A DNA stretch of 64,000 nt, taken from assembly GCA_951406725.2 (NCBI GenBank), contig OX597830.1, positions 38,068,001 through 38,132,000 of the forward strand. The letters run 5' to 3'. This DNA is from Octopus vulgaris. Its lineage: Eukaryota. The notes below the pieces were generated by a model. It saw only the letters and a list, made by a program, of their open reading frames with translations. It had not been told where the DNA came from and ran no database searches. The translations under genes and the position numbers were made by a program. Positions 13,165 to 27,437 of the stretch are shown piece after piece. Positions within the stretch are counted from its first letter, which is position 1; each line of letters starts with the position of its first letter.

Positions 13165-13520
13165 TTTTACCTTTTATCATCTGAATATTTTAGTCATTGG
13201 ACTGCGACCATGCAGGGGCTCCGTATTGAAATATTTTTAGTCGAACTAAACGTCTTCCCTACATACGATTTTAAAAGCTATGTAATTATTTTATGGCCCT
13301 TTTTGCCCCAACCACTAAGTTAGGAGAACATAAACCAACCCAATCTGGTTGTCAACCGGTGTGGGGTGAGAACACAAGCAATAAACACACACACAACATA
13401 CACACACACACATTGCTTTTGCCTACGAGATCCCTCGCAAAGCTATGATCTACGCGGGGCTATAGAAGGAAAACACGCAGTTGGATTGAATGCAGACCTA
13501 TGTGTTTGTTAAACTAGATT
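13165..13520 (-). mobile_element. tRNA-derived SINE family C, diverged
   Basis: Matches the reverse complement of 57699-58081 (TCATT.GACTGCG.CCATGC, GGTTGTCAA.CGG, internal CA repeat). Confidence 0.75.
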
Positions 13521-13739
13521 ATGTCTGTATGATTATCTATCTTTTCTTCAGTATGACCAAGCTATGATCACGCTTTATCCTTACATGTTTGCATCACTAT
13601 TTCGCTATTTCTACGAAATAACATAATATCTGTCAACTTATCTTTGGTTGTACTAAATTTGGGCAAGGGCTGAGCAGCCTGAAATAATGTGGTCTGCCAT
13701 CTCATATGCACTGCTGCATAGTCTGCTAGATTTCTTCGA

Positions 13740-13980
13740 CTACTCTACAATTTAAAAGTGACCATCTTCGTCTGCATTTAGTCAGGAGTTTCTACTCCTT
13801 TTGATTTTGCCTTAGGTTTTAGTTTCCACTGTATAACATCGCAGAATATTGGCTACACAATTGTGATTTTTCTCTATTTTACTCCAGCATATTATTGAAT
13901 TCTTTTTTTGTTTTGTCTTCTTTACTTTTAAAGCACTTCCAGTTTTTATCGTGTTCTAACTTATTGTTCCGTTAAACAGA
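13740..13980 (-). pseudogene. Possible Penelope-like GIY-YIG C-terminal remnant
   Basis: Minus-strand pieces IICWSKIEK and LLTKCRRR resemble the PLE C-terminal pattern I.WSII...ELISKCRH. Degenerate. Confidence 0.35.
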
Positions 13981-14189
13981 GCTTGAAAGAGAGTGGGAGA
14001 GAGAGATAAAGAGGGAGAGAAAATTGTGAAAGTGAAAGAGAATTTTTTTTCCTCTCATTACACTGATTAGTTTCTATTGCTTTCTTTTAGTTTTAGCAGT
14101 ATTTTTCTCCAGTCATATTTGTTTTCAGTATAAATCATATTTGCACCACACTCGACCTCCTTGTGCGCGGTTAGCTATATTCTGTCTAT

Positions 14190-15330
14190 ATTAAATTCCT
14201 CGTATGAGGCTTTGGAAAACTCTTAGTTTTTATCATGCTCTTCAATTTACTTTTATTATGTTCAAGCTTGACTTGATAACTGGAATGGCTAACCTTGTTT
14301 ATCTGAATTGTAATAGCAAGATTGCTTGTTAATATTAATATGTTTTTGAAGTGCGCTACTTTTTTCTCTTTCATGTACTCATCGGTACGACTGATTCTTG
14401 CCTAATTCTCTGACTCTGGACACTCTATCTGAGGCAATATATTCCAATTTAGTATATTTACCACCTCTAATACCAGCTTTGACACATTTATCTAATGTCG
14501 TACTCCTGACAGGATTTATGAAAATTTTTAGCAAGTGTTAAGCAATATGATATATCTTCTAAATAATTCTTATAGAAGATTATGATTTATAATTTGTTCC
14601 TATCATCTATAACCATTGGGAGTTACGTTCAAAATATTTGCTAATGGATTCAGAGCTATACAAAAGAGAAGTGAGAAAATTATGTTTCTCCAAGGAAGAT
14701 ACTTCATATTTTGTTTGTAGACTGGATTTTGATTATCTTCTCTGCTTTGTCATGATATTTTGCTTTGCCATTTGAGATAAAATAGTCAATGTATTTTTTA
14801 CTTTATTTTATGCTTAGTATATCCAGTATGCAAGTGCGCGCTATGTTATCAGATGTTTTCTAAAGATCAGTTCATACAATGCGATTGTTTTTTCATTCCC
14901 AGCTGTAGGATCTCTGTCTGTAATATCTCGTTTATGTTCATGCAATCGCTGCCGTTCACATCTATGCATGTCTTTCTAGCTTTTTTCTCCTATCTTGAGA
15001 GCAGTTTCTTGCACTATCGATGAGAAAAGCCTTGAATAAGAAATGAAACGATTTCTAGTCAGTTTTGCCATAAGGATATAAGCCTACATTGTTGGAGTTT
15101 CCTGTTATATTCGCGTTGAATAATTAAATTCCTTGCCATCCAAAATCCTAATAATTTCTTGTTTCTTTCATATTCAATAGTTCAATGAATATATTTAGAA
15201 TTTACTTACGAGAGTTTGTTCTAGAGATTCACCCATAAATTTAGTATTTGGTGAATTCCAGGTGTTTTCATTTCTCTACAAACCTTGACAAGCCCTTACT
15301 GCTATTATTAGCCATGCGTGTTTGATTGTT
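14190..15330 (-). mobile_element. Old R4/Dong RT fragment
   Basis: Minus-strand translation K*KTPGIHQILNLW (cf. KWKSPGKDKIPNFW), LLFCIALNPLANILN (cf. LLFCLALIPLSKLLN), TLDKCVKAGIRGGK..VRELGKNQSY (cf. GLDKCAKATFIKGK..IKELDPAENY), colinear with the 1963-4825 copy. Confidence 0.7.
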
Positions 15331-15541
15331 ATTGTTATGAGGCATTTTCTTCCACAATTCTCACTTTGCATTAATGTCCAGTGATACAATTGTGTGAGTG
15401 TGTGTGTCTATGTGTTTGGAGGTGACTAGATGCAATTTAGATTAAAGTATGAATAAATCATGCACATATATCTTATGCGGATAATCTGTAATAATTTTGT
15501 CAACTAACTTTGGCAAATCTATAATCTTCTTCGGAAATTTT

Positions 15542-15665
15542 GTAGTAGTAGTAGTAGTATTAGTAGTAGTAGTAGTAGTAGTAGTAGCAGTAGTAGTAGT
15601 AGCAGCAGCAGCAGTACTACTACTACAAGAAGAAGAAGAATAAGAAGAAGAAGAAAAAGAAAAAT
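15542..15665 (+). repeat. (AGT)/(AGC)/(AGA) compound microsatellite
   Basis: Seen directly. Confidence 0.9.
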
Positions 15666-17341
15666 AATGCTTTCTGCCTTTCTCTTATAGGAACAAATGT
15701 TAGCATTTTGGAGAGAATAGGGTCTGTCGATTACAGCGACCGCAATGTTCAAATAGTACTTATTTTGTCGACTCCTTAACGAATGAGTGATGACAAGACA
15801 GAGAGGAAATTAACGGAGATAAGAAGAAAAATATAAATCAATAGCAGAACACAGAATATATCATATTACCAACGGATGGATAACAAATCGTCAAGGGTAA
15901 AAACCTGGTATCCAAATATGCCATAAGTCAGCATGATTCACAGTTTTAAGGTTTCAAATTCCCCAAATTAATGTATTCTGTCTGTTTGAACAAATCTACG
16001 GAAGCAATAGATATTCTATTTATATAGATATCAATTGAAAAGTAAATGCACGCTGCACCTTTAAATACACATGCTCGCTCGCAAATACGCCACTACCACA
16101 CGTAAGATCACATACGTATACATGCATAAATGTAATAACATGTAATATGATAACTCTGATATCACAACACTATTTATAAACAAATCGCTATATTTATCTA
16201 ACATATTACAAATATTGATTTCCGGCATTAGCACAGGACCACACGCTTCCAGAAAGCTTCTAATCGATTCAATCGACTTCATTAATTGACACACTTTTTA
16301 TCCACTGCAAAATGATGGTAGAGGGAATAAAACATCTCTTCTCAGAATTCGAACTCAAATTGTGAATGTTACTACTAAATACTGCAAGATTTTGACTAAC
16401 TCTTTAACGCTTCTGCCCCTCCTCCAAACGTTTGGCAATATAGTCTTCCCAAACGAGTCAGAGAAAAATATATTTCGCATCTTTAGATATCATTTACCCG
16501 CCTCTCACTATCCAAATACACACAGACAGCCTTCCAAAATAGTATAACTTAATATTATCAGTTTTATGAGTATATAAATGTCACCATATGCTATTTTTAT
16601 ATAATTTAGCCTTCTCATAAACTTCCCGAATAGCTAGCTTTTGTATGTCAAGATTTTTCGGCATTTTACGTAAGTTCAAAATAATGTAACGAACCATAAA
16701 GACTAAACAAAACCATATTCGTCACCATACTAGCACCTGTGAGTAAATTTGCGGAATGAATTTCAAAAGATATCACACACCTGGTAAATTCTAGTAAGTC
16801 TTTATTACTCTATATCTTCTTGGAACTGATATAGCGGATGCAGAACGACTTGCCGCACCCACCGCAACTCCAAACTGCATTTCTTCCACCCTTTTTTAAT
16901 ATTGTTGCCAGACGTAACTTTAGCTTAACAAACGCTTCTAGCATTATACGTTTCTTTGCTCTTCTCTTGAAATTGTACATTCATAAATTTTATCCTCGCT
17001 TGCAAGCTGTTCTGTTTTTAAATTATACCTTCTTTAATATAAATTATCAAATGATACTTTAATCTATTTTAATTTTTACCTTACCATTCATACATCTTAG
17101 TTCCACGCAATATATTAATGAGGTCAAGCTGATAAAATAGGGATAGGCGGAATATTATTCGAAATATCTCAGCGAAAATCCCACGAGTACGCTGCCAAAA
17201 CAAGATTCAGTAGAACGCTTATATGCAAAAGTTCAAGCGATCGTAGCAAAACGAAATTGAGAAAACGGAAATTGAGAAAGATCAGTAAAATAGCATTAAT
17301 AAACAAGACTGAAAGAGTTGGATGGGGAAATTAAGCATATA

Positions 17342-17517
17342 AGAGGGGATGCTGAAAAGTTCCTGGCTTTGATTAAAACAAAATACATTTTATTCAACAT
17401 ATTCCCCTCTAAGATTCAAGCACTTATTATAGCGGTCCTTCAGTTTTTCTAAACCCTGCAAAAGAAATCGGGCTTTCGTGATAGGTTTAAAGCCAGGAAT
17501 TTTTCAGCACCTCCTCG
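17342..17517 (-). mobile_element. mariner-derived MITE
   Basis: About 29-bp TIRs (GAGGGGATGCTGAAAAGTTCCTGGCTTT / AAAGCCAGGAATTTTTCAGCACCTCCTCG) with flanking TA. Related to 59708-59930 in the opposite orientation. Confidence 0.85.
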
Positions 17518-18389
17518 TAAGAAGAACTAACTAAATACGTTTGATAAACATAAGATGAGGATAGTGCTAATCACTCCTCCAGAATGGTACAAAACTTTCC
17601 AAAGTCGACTTCACATTCGTCTTTATGGGTGATGAAGTACTGAAGTACTAACAGCGTACCTTGATTTCTCTGCAGGTGTAAAACCTTGCTCGAGAGAATT
17701 GTTAGCTTTTATAAATTAGTATCGTTGTTACCTGAAAAATGAATCGTGTTTTTCTTGAAATTCCGAAAACTCTTGTATTTACAAAAGATAACCAAGACAT
17801 TTTTGATCGGCAAAGATTATTTAGAACGTGTGCATCTGGCTCTTTAGTGAAATGACTATAAGAAGGCTATGTTTTCTCTCCTTCTTCCTAAATACGGAAA
17901 ATGTTATCTACGACAGAAATTAAGAGAAACGCTCCTAATATAAAATGTAGAGAAGAGCTTTCAACAGACGAATATTTCTAACAAAATATAAGAAAAAGTC
18001 TACTTTATTATCACGCAAAGAAAACATATAGACATAATGCATCAATAAAGAAAATCTAGAAAAATTACGATTTTTTCTTCTGAAACTACTTGTAAACTCC
18101 AAAGTATAGACATGAGTGAACTAGCAGAGAGAAAGTTATTATCGCAATTGTGTTACGAAGAAAAACGCGATCCTCTTTGAATATTATGGTATGAGACACG
18201 AGTACTTATGCATATCTCACTTGCTAGAGACGCAGCAGTGGTCGTTGTATTAACGATGCAACATTCAGATGACAGACCAACTGATACTCGGAGGAAATTA
18301 CTTCACTTTACTGAACCACCGACAATGGTCTACGTATCAACTTTTCTTAAAGGTGTGTATGAAACAAGCAAAAAAAAAAACATAGAAGA

Positions 18390-19120
18390 TCGCATACACG
18401 AATGTAAATGCAAGCCAAATTTCTTACAACGAATCCAATTTGTTGTTACATACATCTTTTGATGCCTATATCTTGTGTAGTCTTTCACAGATAATTTTAG
18501 AGTTTGGAGCTATGATCTCACTTGAATCATCACATTTACCGCATTTGGGTGAACAGTTTTGTTGGCATATCATGGTCTTTGACAGGTTTCCGTTAGAAAC
18601 ATTTCTTGTGCTTCCCAGATCATTTACGCCCCCCCCCCCGTTTTCTTTCCTTCCTTTTCATCCTATATCTCTTCTGTAATCTTGAAGAATGTGAAGATTA
18701 GTTTCTTCTCTTTGAAACTGCATTTCCTCTATTCCACGATTTCCCGTATTTCCGTTGGGTTCTTTATATTCAGTAAAAAGCTCTCATAGCCTCCTTAAAT
18801 AGTTATTATTTTTTCTTATTGCAGGAATCTGCATCGGACTGCTATAGTTTCACTATCTTCTCGATATTTATTCACCCTCTTCATCTTTCTTTTTTTTTTT
18901 GTCTTGTGTATCTTGTTCATATCAGATCGGAGATGCAAGCTTCGGTGAGTTATAAACTGCTTCTTCATTTTTCTGTCGATGTCTTTCAGCTCTTTCTTTC
19001 TCCGTATCTCATCAAGGATACTCCAATCAGATGAATTAATTGCAAGATGTTTCCCGCATTTAATTAGAAATATCGTATCTTCATTCTCCAGAACAAACAT
19101 TTTTACGGATTTCGATTCTG
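18390..19120 (-). mobile_element. Old R4/Dong fragment (RT thumb to CCHC/RHD)
   Basis: Track ORF 18816-19100 has AINS...ELKDIDRKMKKQFITHRSLHLRSD (cf. AINAL...LDRKIRKLLTMHRMHHPK). Downstream MIWEAQE, SPKCGKC and YRHQK..NWIRCKKFGL. Confidence 0.7.
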
Positions 19121-19166
19121 TTTGTTTCTGGTTTCCCCATATTGTTGTTTTGTTGTTGTTGTCGTG

Positions 19167-19256
<90 letters not shown>

Positions 19257-19281
19257 TTATTATTATTATTATTATTATTAT
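19167..19281 (+). repeat. (CTA)n-(TTA)n microsatellite
   Basis: Seen directly. Confidence 0.97.
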
Positions 19282-19391
19282 ATTCAAGGCGGTGCTCCAG
19301 CATGGCCACAGTCAAATGACTGAAACAAGTAAAAGAGTATCATTATTATCATTATCATTATAATCATCATCATCATTATTATTATTATTAT

Positions 19392-19826
19392 GAAATCAAA
19401 GCTCAGGTTTGGTCTTATTCCTGGCAGGACATACGTGGATAGTAATTACTACCTGTAACCTTAGGTATCCACACGTTTTCGACAGTCCTTCAAGTGCTTA
19501 GGACCGTCCTGATAATCCCTGCTGTCCCTAAGACGCAAACTTTCCCTAGAAGCTCTACTGGGCATTCTGTTTCAATCTCTTTCAGTCATTTGTCTATATA
19601 TTCGCTTACTGCTTCCAACGCACCAATTATTATAGGCACGGCCTATACTGTTCACATGCTCCAAATTCTTCAGATTTCAAAGTTTAAGGGATTGTATTTT
19701 CTTTGTTTTCCTTCCTCTTTCTTTACGATCCTGGAATCAAACGGGCATGATGAGTCCATAAGCAACCAACTGCTCTTTTCCCTATCTATGATTATAATAT
19801 ATAGTCTATTATTTTCGAAATTCTCT
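19392..19826 (-). mobile_element. 5'-truncated R4/Dong 3' fragment (RLE C-terminus + short 3' UTR), another subfamily
   Basis: Translation NRLYIIIIDREKSSWLLMDSSCPFD..KY.PL.FEI*RIW...VPIIIGAL...LGTAGIIRTVLST*. (TAA/TGA)n tracts on both sides. Confidence 0.85.
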
Positions 19827-19853
19827 ATTATTATTATCATTATTATTATTATT

Positions 19854-20250
19854 GAGTGAGAGAGCAGTGCATGCCATCAAAATGACACTTGGTTGAAATA
19901 TACGAAACCCAGTATACTCATCATGGCTACCCCTCTGGTAAGAGTACAACAGGCACATTTACCACAACCATATGTGCGCTACATTGCGATCTCATAGCAA
20001 GATAAACAGCGCTTGACCTTGTAAGCGGGGGCACAGTTAGAATTTTCTTCAGGTCGAGTAGCCAATCCTGCTCAAAAAGTGCCTGAATAAAGGTTGTTTA
20101 AGGATGTTGAACAAAACACCTATGTTTCAAAAAATGTGAATTATCCGAACTCCAAAGAATTCCTCTCAACACATGGCTATGATATTGCCCACTACTTCTG
20201 TTCGTGATCAGAGATGCACATATCGCCAGCCACTAAGGGACATGCTAAAG
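19854..20250 (-). mobile_element. Non-coding (TAA)n-inserted retroposon, copy 1
   Basis: Alignable over about 400 bp with 43149-43606. Shares the exact end GAGTGAGAGAGCAG abutting (ATT)n. Confidence 0.8.
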
Positions 20251-20532
20251 TTATTACTACTACTGCTGCTGCTGCTATTACTACTACCACTACCACTATT
20301 ACTACTACTACCACTACCACTATTACTACTACTACTACTACTACTACTAGTAGTAGTAGTTTTGAAGTAATCATCTCTGTTTCACATTTTTAACAACAGA
20401 AGTGACAAATGTGGAAGTTATGGTGGTAAAGATGATGATGATGATGAGGAGGAGGAGGAGGAGGAGGAGAGGGAGAATGAGGGGCAGCAGAGAAGGAATG
20501 GAGGATTACATTGATGACGATGACGAGAACGT

Positions 20533-20709
20533 GTCTGCCGTTACGTTCTGGGTTCAAATTCCGCCGAGGTCGACTTTGCCTTTCATCCTTTCGGGGTCGA
20601 TAAATTAAGTACCAGTTACGCACTGGGGTCGATATAATCGACTTAATCCGTTTGTCTGTCCTTGTTTGACCACTCTATGTTTAGCCTCTTGTGGGTAGTA
20701 AAGAAATAG
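20533..20709 (+). mobile_element. SINE family A, 5'-truncated unit
   Basis: B-box GGGTTCAAATTCC, core GTCGACTTTGCCTTTCATCCTTTCGGGGTCGATAAATTAAGTACCAG, tail ..GTGGGTAGTAAAGAAATAG. Confidence 0.9.
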
Positions 20710-22279
20710 ATTATATATACGAAAAATATAATGTTAAATGGGAGTATTTCGGAAAGGAGAAGAATGAGATGACGTGAGAAATCATGTATTACGGTGAGGG
20801 TTAAACCAGTGATGGCGTTGCCATTGAAATTGAGTGAGATTTCGAAGCGGCGTAGATAATTAAAAATATATTAGATAATTAACATTAATTTAAAATTTAA
20901 AATGATAAAGATAGTGTGGAATAAGAAAAAAAAACAAAGTAACTAAAACAAATATAATATAATTTATCTATTATTAGCGATATTAATTTAGTACGGTTGG
21001 TTTCGCATTGTTTCATGCTATGTTTATGTCATGACATCTTATTTAATCTTTATTATTCGTTGCAATAATATCTTGTTGGAACAAAGTAAACGCCGCTTGG
21101 GAGTTGTTAATGGGACATCTACAGTAATATTTTTTTTTAGGAATTTGGTGCGTTGCCAAAAACTATGTATAAGAGAAACAAATATAATAGCTTGAATCGA
21201 TTAACTGTGTGTTGTTGTGTGATGCATTATTGACCTTGAAAGAGAAGAAATTCAAAGTTTTCAATCCGATAGGATATCAATTTAGAACGTATGTAAACAT
21301 CACGTGACAGCGCTCTAGCTTTCTGCAGCCAGACACCTTTCTTAGTCTAATGGTTGTAGTTGTAATAACGATTTTTAGCATATCTACAATATCATATGCG
21401 AGAGAGGTGTATGATCGATTATATTGATACTAATACTTGTCTGTCTCTTACGTATTGACCATGGGAGCGTGACAGCCAATCAAACCAAGTGTGATATGAT
21501 CTCAGTACCTTGGTGGAAGTGCGTAAACACCGCAAGTCACCCTATCTCTCTTTTCAAACGATATTGTTACTCTATCGACCTGTACCATACTAAAAGTATT
21601 TTTTTTAAATAAGGCACATGCCAATAGTATTACTGGGAAAGTGTTAATCTTTACCATACATGATTGGTAAAAACTCCAGTACGTGATTGATACTTAATTT
21701 TATTGATATCAAAATAATGTAAGACGAAGTTAATCTTGGAGTTTTTGTTTCAGAAGTTCAGACGACTCTGTGAATTGAACGCCCTTTTCGTAATAATAAT
21801 AAGAATTAATTTCTAACATTAGTATAGAGTGTTAAGGGTGAGGGTAAAGAAATACTGGATTATATCAAGTCTCCCACAACATTGTTAGTAATTATGTTAT
21901 CTACGTTGAAGGATAAAAGGCAAACTGCACGTGAGCAGAACGTAAGTGCAGAATGTCACAGAACGTGACTCATTATGCCGATGTATTTTCTGGCAACTGT
22001 ACTGCCCAACTATACTGCCTTCTACTGCAGGACTGTTACTGATTTATGACTTAGACACAATGTCAAATATTCAAGGGGAGAAATGCACAATTATATTAGC
22101 TCTATTGCGTGGATAGGAAATGTCTTTTGTTTTCATATAAACGCCGGTAAAACTAAATGCAAAGTCCATGATTGGAAGATGGAAATTTAAGCGATGTAAC
22201 AGAAGAGTGCAAAAAACAACTCTGCCACTGAACCGATTATGCTGACGCAAAATCACGGACACTAATAATATTAGTTTCA

Positions 22280-22678
22280 AAGTTTGGCATAAGGCCAGAA
22301 ATTTTGAGGGAGAGAACCCTATTCCTCAACTGGTACGTATTTCATAAATCTTCTAAGGACGAAAAGCAAAGTCAAACGTCCAGGAATTTCAACTCAGAAA
22401 GTAAACCTGAGCAAAATACAAAGCATTTAATCCGGCGTGCTAACGATTCTGCCAACTCCTTGCCTTTTGAACACTAAATATATTCCTTCTCACTATAGGC
22501 GCATGGCCGGAAATTTTGGTGGGAAGGTGGGGTAGTTAATTACATCGAACCCAGTACTATATTAATACTTATTTCATCGACCCCAGTGGAATTTGCACTC
22601 GCAATGCAGACCCGAAGAAAATACCACTAATTATCTTTTTTTCCCGGCGTGCTAACGATTCTGCCAGCCCGACGCCTC
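22280..22678 (-). mobile_element. Two diverged SINE family A copies in tandem
   Basis: Twice CCGGCGTGCTAACGATTCTGCCA (reverse complement of the head), each preceded by ..GGAATTT.AACTC.. and an AGGCC.GAAATTTTG tail. Confidence 0.75.
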
Positions 22679-24820
22679 GCGGACGGACACTATTGAAAGT
22701 GAAAGCATTTTCGGAAAAATATACGGAAATGATTAAGTAAAAGGATACATTGTATGTCGTTCGCTTCAGAAAACTACTTTTCGTCTGAGATCCATCTGCT
22801 TGGTCACGTCTTCCCTGGTTGTAAACGACGATAACTAATATTTGTTCGTATCAATTTGTCAGCACCCGACTCTTCAGAAATTTTGCTAGAAATATCAACA
22901 AAATCTACCCTTCTTTTCCTTTCCTTTCTTCCTTAATAGGGCTTGACTTTACTAGGGATGAAATGTATATATGAGAGAACGAATGTTGGATCAGTGTGTT
23001 AAGTTGGCCTTAATGTACAGTTAAAAAATATACAGTAATAACTCATGTGCTTCTTGTGTAATTCAGATGTGGGCTTGTGTAATTCAGATGTAATTCAGAC
23101 TGCTAACCATTTAGCCTGGTGTTCTAGCGATTCTACCAACTCCTGTATTACCGTACATCACATTCTAGCGTCTTAAAAATGTATAAACATAAACACATTG
23201 AAAGATACAGTAAAACTTGAAAAAAGAAAAACGGTTTTGTTACTGTTAGAATATGTTAGAAGCGCTTTGCGTGGTAAAGCCTGAACCAAACTCAAACAAC
23301 AGTATGTTTATTGTTGTAATGTTATGAAATACATTACATTTGGCATACGTTATCAGAGTAATGTATATTTGAAACTCAAAATTCTCAGTACCAGAACTAT
23401 TCTGAATCGTCTCATTTTATCGGTACGAAAATAGATTAACTTCTTATAAAAAAACATTTTAAAAATATCAGATCACAAGTAACGTACTGTTTTCGCAGCC
23501 TTTCATAGAGTCACCCTTCCCTTTCAAATTACAAAATCATCATAATGACAGCATTACATTTGATGATAATATATGTGATGTTGATTCAGTATATTCAAAT
23601 TGGTTAAAAACTGTCCCCAGCGATTCCTTTCCCTGATGGCATAATAGAAAAACAGATAGGATTATTTTCAAAGAAGCTCCTTTTGGCAAGGTTAATGTTG
23701 GAATCGTTAATGAATGTTTAATGTATTCACAACACTTCCTTCTTTCGAAAATAGAATATCACTCTGTCCCCCTAAAATGAAAAGTTTTGTAGTGTAATGA
23801 AAATAAACATCCTCACAAGTGCTTACACACACACAAACCATTGCATACAGTAACACATGAGGGCTTACGCACTCACTCACAACCGCTTACACACACACAA
23901 ATACAGGCACTCACACACGTCCATGAGGGCTTATGAACACACGTACTTAAACGTACAGGAGCGCTTGCATTCAGACACATATACAGACACATACATGCAC
24001 ACAAGCACACACACACACACACCTAGACAGAAAGACATACATACAGACAAACACATACACACACACTCCTAACGCTAATGCAGAGATGAACTATCAACAC
24101 AATGATGAAGCAATTTCCTTTCATTTACGCCCTAAATTTTCAGAAAAATTAAGCTAGAATTTTGCTAAAATTAAGCTAAAATTTTGCTAGAAGCACCAAT
24201 CAAAATTTACTCAAGTAACATCACAGTCTTTAAAATAAAGAAATTATATTTCATATGATTCAATATTCAGTACACTATATATCTATGAAGAAGCAGTATA
24301 TTCTTCTTTAGAATAGCATTTATTTGAAGTCACTTCAATCACACATGAACTACTGTACTACAAATTTATTTACATTCATTTTCATAATCTTAGAAATATC
24401 TTAATGCAAGCGTTGTAAATGAGCAATATCGTCTGCATTAGAATACTGAACGATATTGTTAGTTGCTAAAAGATATTAGTACGATATAAGTAGGTAGCGA
24501 TTTGCAGCTATATTACAACTCTTTAAAACTTTATAAATCACTTCACAAAATAGCGGCTGACTATGTCTCTGAATGTTTTGATTACAATTCATTTCTTGAG
24601 ACGACAAGCATCTTTAATCGTACGAGACGTATATGAAATATAATAGTAAATTCCCGCGCGACAATAGAATTGGCTCAAATAAAAAAGGCTGAAACACAAA
24701 ATTCTCATACATTAACCAATTTTAAATAGCACAAACATGACACCTCGAAACTGTTGTTTTTACTATTCTGTAGCGAGAGAGAGAGATCTAGTCATAAAAC
24801 ATTATAGTTCTATTTGCACG

Positions 24821-25310
<490 letters not shown>

Positions 25311-26417
25311 TTTTTGAAATTTGACTTTTAATTTTTAATTCTTTAATTTGTATCTTTTTTTCCTATGTATACTGCCTTAAGCTAGGCATCTATTTTTAGT
25401 TATCCACACTGGCCACTGCACTAAATATTCTCTCTGATCACGCCTAACCTAGAATTCATCTATTTTATAAATAGGCATAAACACCTCCCTCGTCCACTTA
25501 GCAAACCCTTAACTCCTGATCTCTCAATCTGAACGTACACATACCAAGAATTATACTAGCATCTTATCTGTATTTATGTTTCGTAATTCTTTTAATTTTG
25601 ATTTTTGATTTTACTTTACTTTCGGTCACATTCATTCTTTCTCGCCCCTATCTCATTCATTTTTTTACCCTCTTTCTCCTTTCTCTTCTATACACTTACT
25701 CACAACCCATTTCTGTCTGTCTTGGTGTCTGTCTTTCTCCCTATATAAATCCACGTGAATCATTTACATACTAGTTAACCACCTAATCCGTTACTTCAAC
25801 ATGAACGCTTCATTCAAAATATTGCTAAAATATTGCCTGGATTTACCCGGAATTATATCTAAGAGCCTATAACTTCAGGCTATTACGGACCAGCCTACAT
25901 TACCTCTGGTAAAAAGATGAACATCTATCTACTTTTACTCTTAATTCTGTTTTATTCCTTATAAATTGCTGCTTTCCCTGTCAAGAACTTTCATACATAC
26001 TCAACTTTTCTCTAATTACGTAATACCCAGGATACGGACCTGCTCAGTTATCCCTTGGTATATCCCAGAAAGAATAATTAAATTATTCTAAATGACTTGA
26101 GATACTTTGGTCTTGTCGTTCATATATACATATGTATGTATATTGTTGTCCCTTTTTTGTATCGCCTAACTGTCTAGATGTATTGCGTTCTTGTCCCATT
26201 TTGCATTTTACACACATATATATATATATATATATATATGTGTATGTGTGTGTGTCTGTGTGGGTGTGTGTATGTGTGCGTGTGTGTGTGTGTGTGTGTA
26301 TGTATGTATATAACTAGTTTGATAAGTGCTAACACTCGAAACTATCGGTATTTGATTTACCCTCTTGCTTTTGCTAAATAAAAATAACATAGGCACGTAC
26401 TAATAGTTCGAAACCTA

Positions 26418-26418
26418 C

Positions 26419-26486
<68 letters not shown>

Positions 26487-26511
26487 CGCTCCCCCTCTCT
26501 CTCTCTCTTTG

Positions 26512-26595
<84 letters not shown>

Positions 26596-26610
26596 TATGT
26601 ATGTATGTGT
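26418..26610. repeat. (TATC)n-(TC)n-(TA)n-(TG)n compound microsatellite
   Basis: Seen directly. Confidence 0.95.
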
Positions 26611-27124
26611 ATATTTATGTATGCATTAAAGATATATGTGACTGTGTTAATGTTGAAAGATGAATATAGTAACGGGTATCGTAACCGTGGAAACAATCTC
26701 TTGGAGAAATTTTCTCCAAGATAGAAACCAATATTTTGAATCATTTGTTTAAAATCTAATCTAATAAGCTTCGAACAATAAAATTAACGACAAAACAATA
26801 TTAGAATGACTAGTCGCTTCGTTCAAAAGCCGTTTCAATTTACATTTATTTACTTATCTGTTATATATTATATTGCAATTTGAGTATACTAGTTTTGTTG
26901 GTAGCAGATTTATAACTCTCAGTCACTAGTGCGATACGTTTCTAACGGCCGTAATGAAAAGTGAGCGTCTGTAATGAGACAATTTTTGAGTAAAAAAAAA
27001 TATCCTAGACAGACATAGAGAAATGAATGGAACCAATCTTGTAGTAGACGTCTACTATTTGTGAATATCTATAGTTCATAAGGGTCCTATGAAAATTTTC
27101 TCTCAATAACTTGACATCAATATA

Positions 27125-27437
27125 GGTTCTAGTTGACCCGATTAACGGAACAGCCTCCACGTGAAATTTTACGTGCAATTGGCTGAGCACTCCACAGCCA
27201 CTTGTACCCTTAACGTAGTTCTCGGGGAAATTCAACGTGACAGAGTGTGACAAAGTTGGCCCTTTGAAATAACAGTACAACAGAAACAGGACGAGAAAGT
27301 TTTGGTGAGAGAGTACAGCAGGAGCCTTAGGCGATGTTGCTCAATAAACACTCAAACAACGCCTGGTCTGGGAATCGAAACCGCAATCCTACAACCGCGA
27401 GTCTACTGCCCTAACCAATGGGCCATTGCACCTCTAC
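27125..27437 (-). mobile_element. tRNA-derived SINE family B
   Basis: Minus-strand head TGGCCCATTGGTTAGGG..GGTTTCGATTCCC. Tail shared with 32672-32983 and 49371-49622 (GAGAACTACGTTAAGGGTAC..GTGGAGTGCTCAGCCA). Confidence 0.85.

Noticed and set aside
26315-26350. TTTGATAAGTGCTAACACTCGAAAC, hammerhead-like spacing
   Set aside because: Core is mutated at two positions and no stem I/III pairing could be built.
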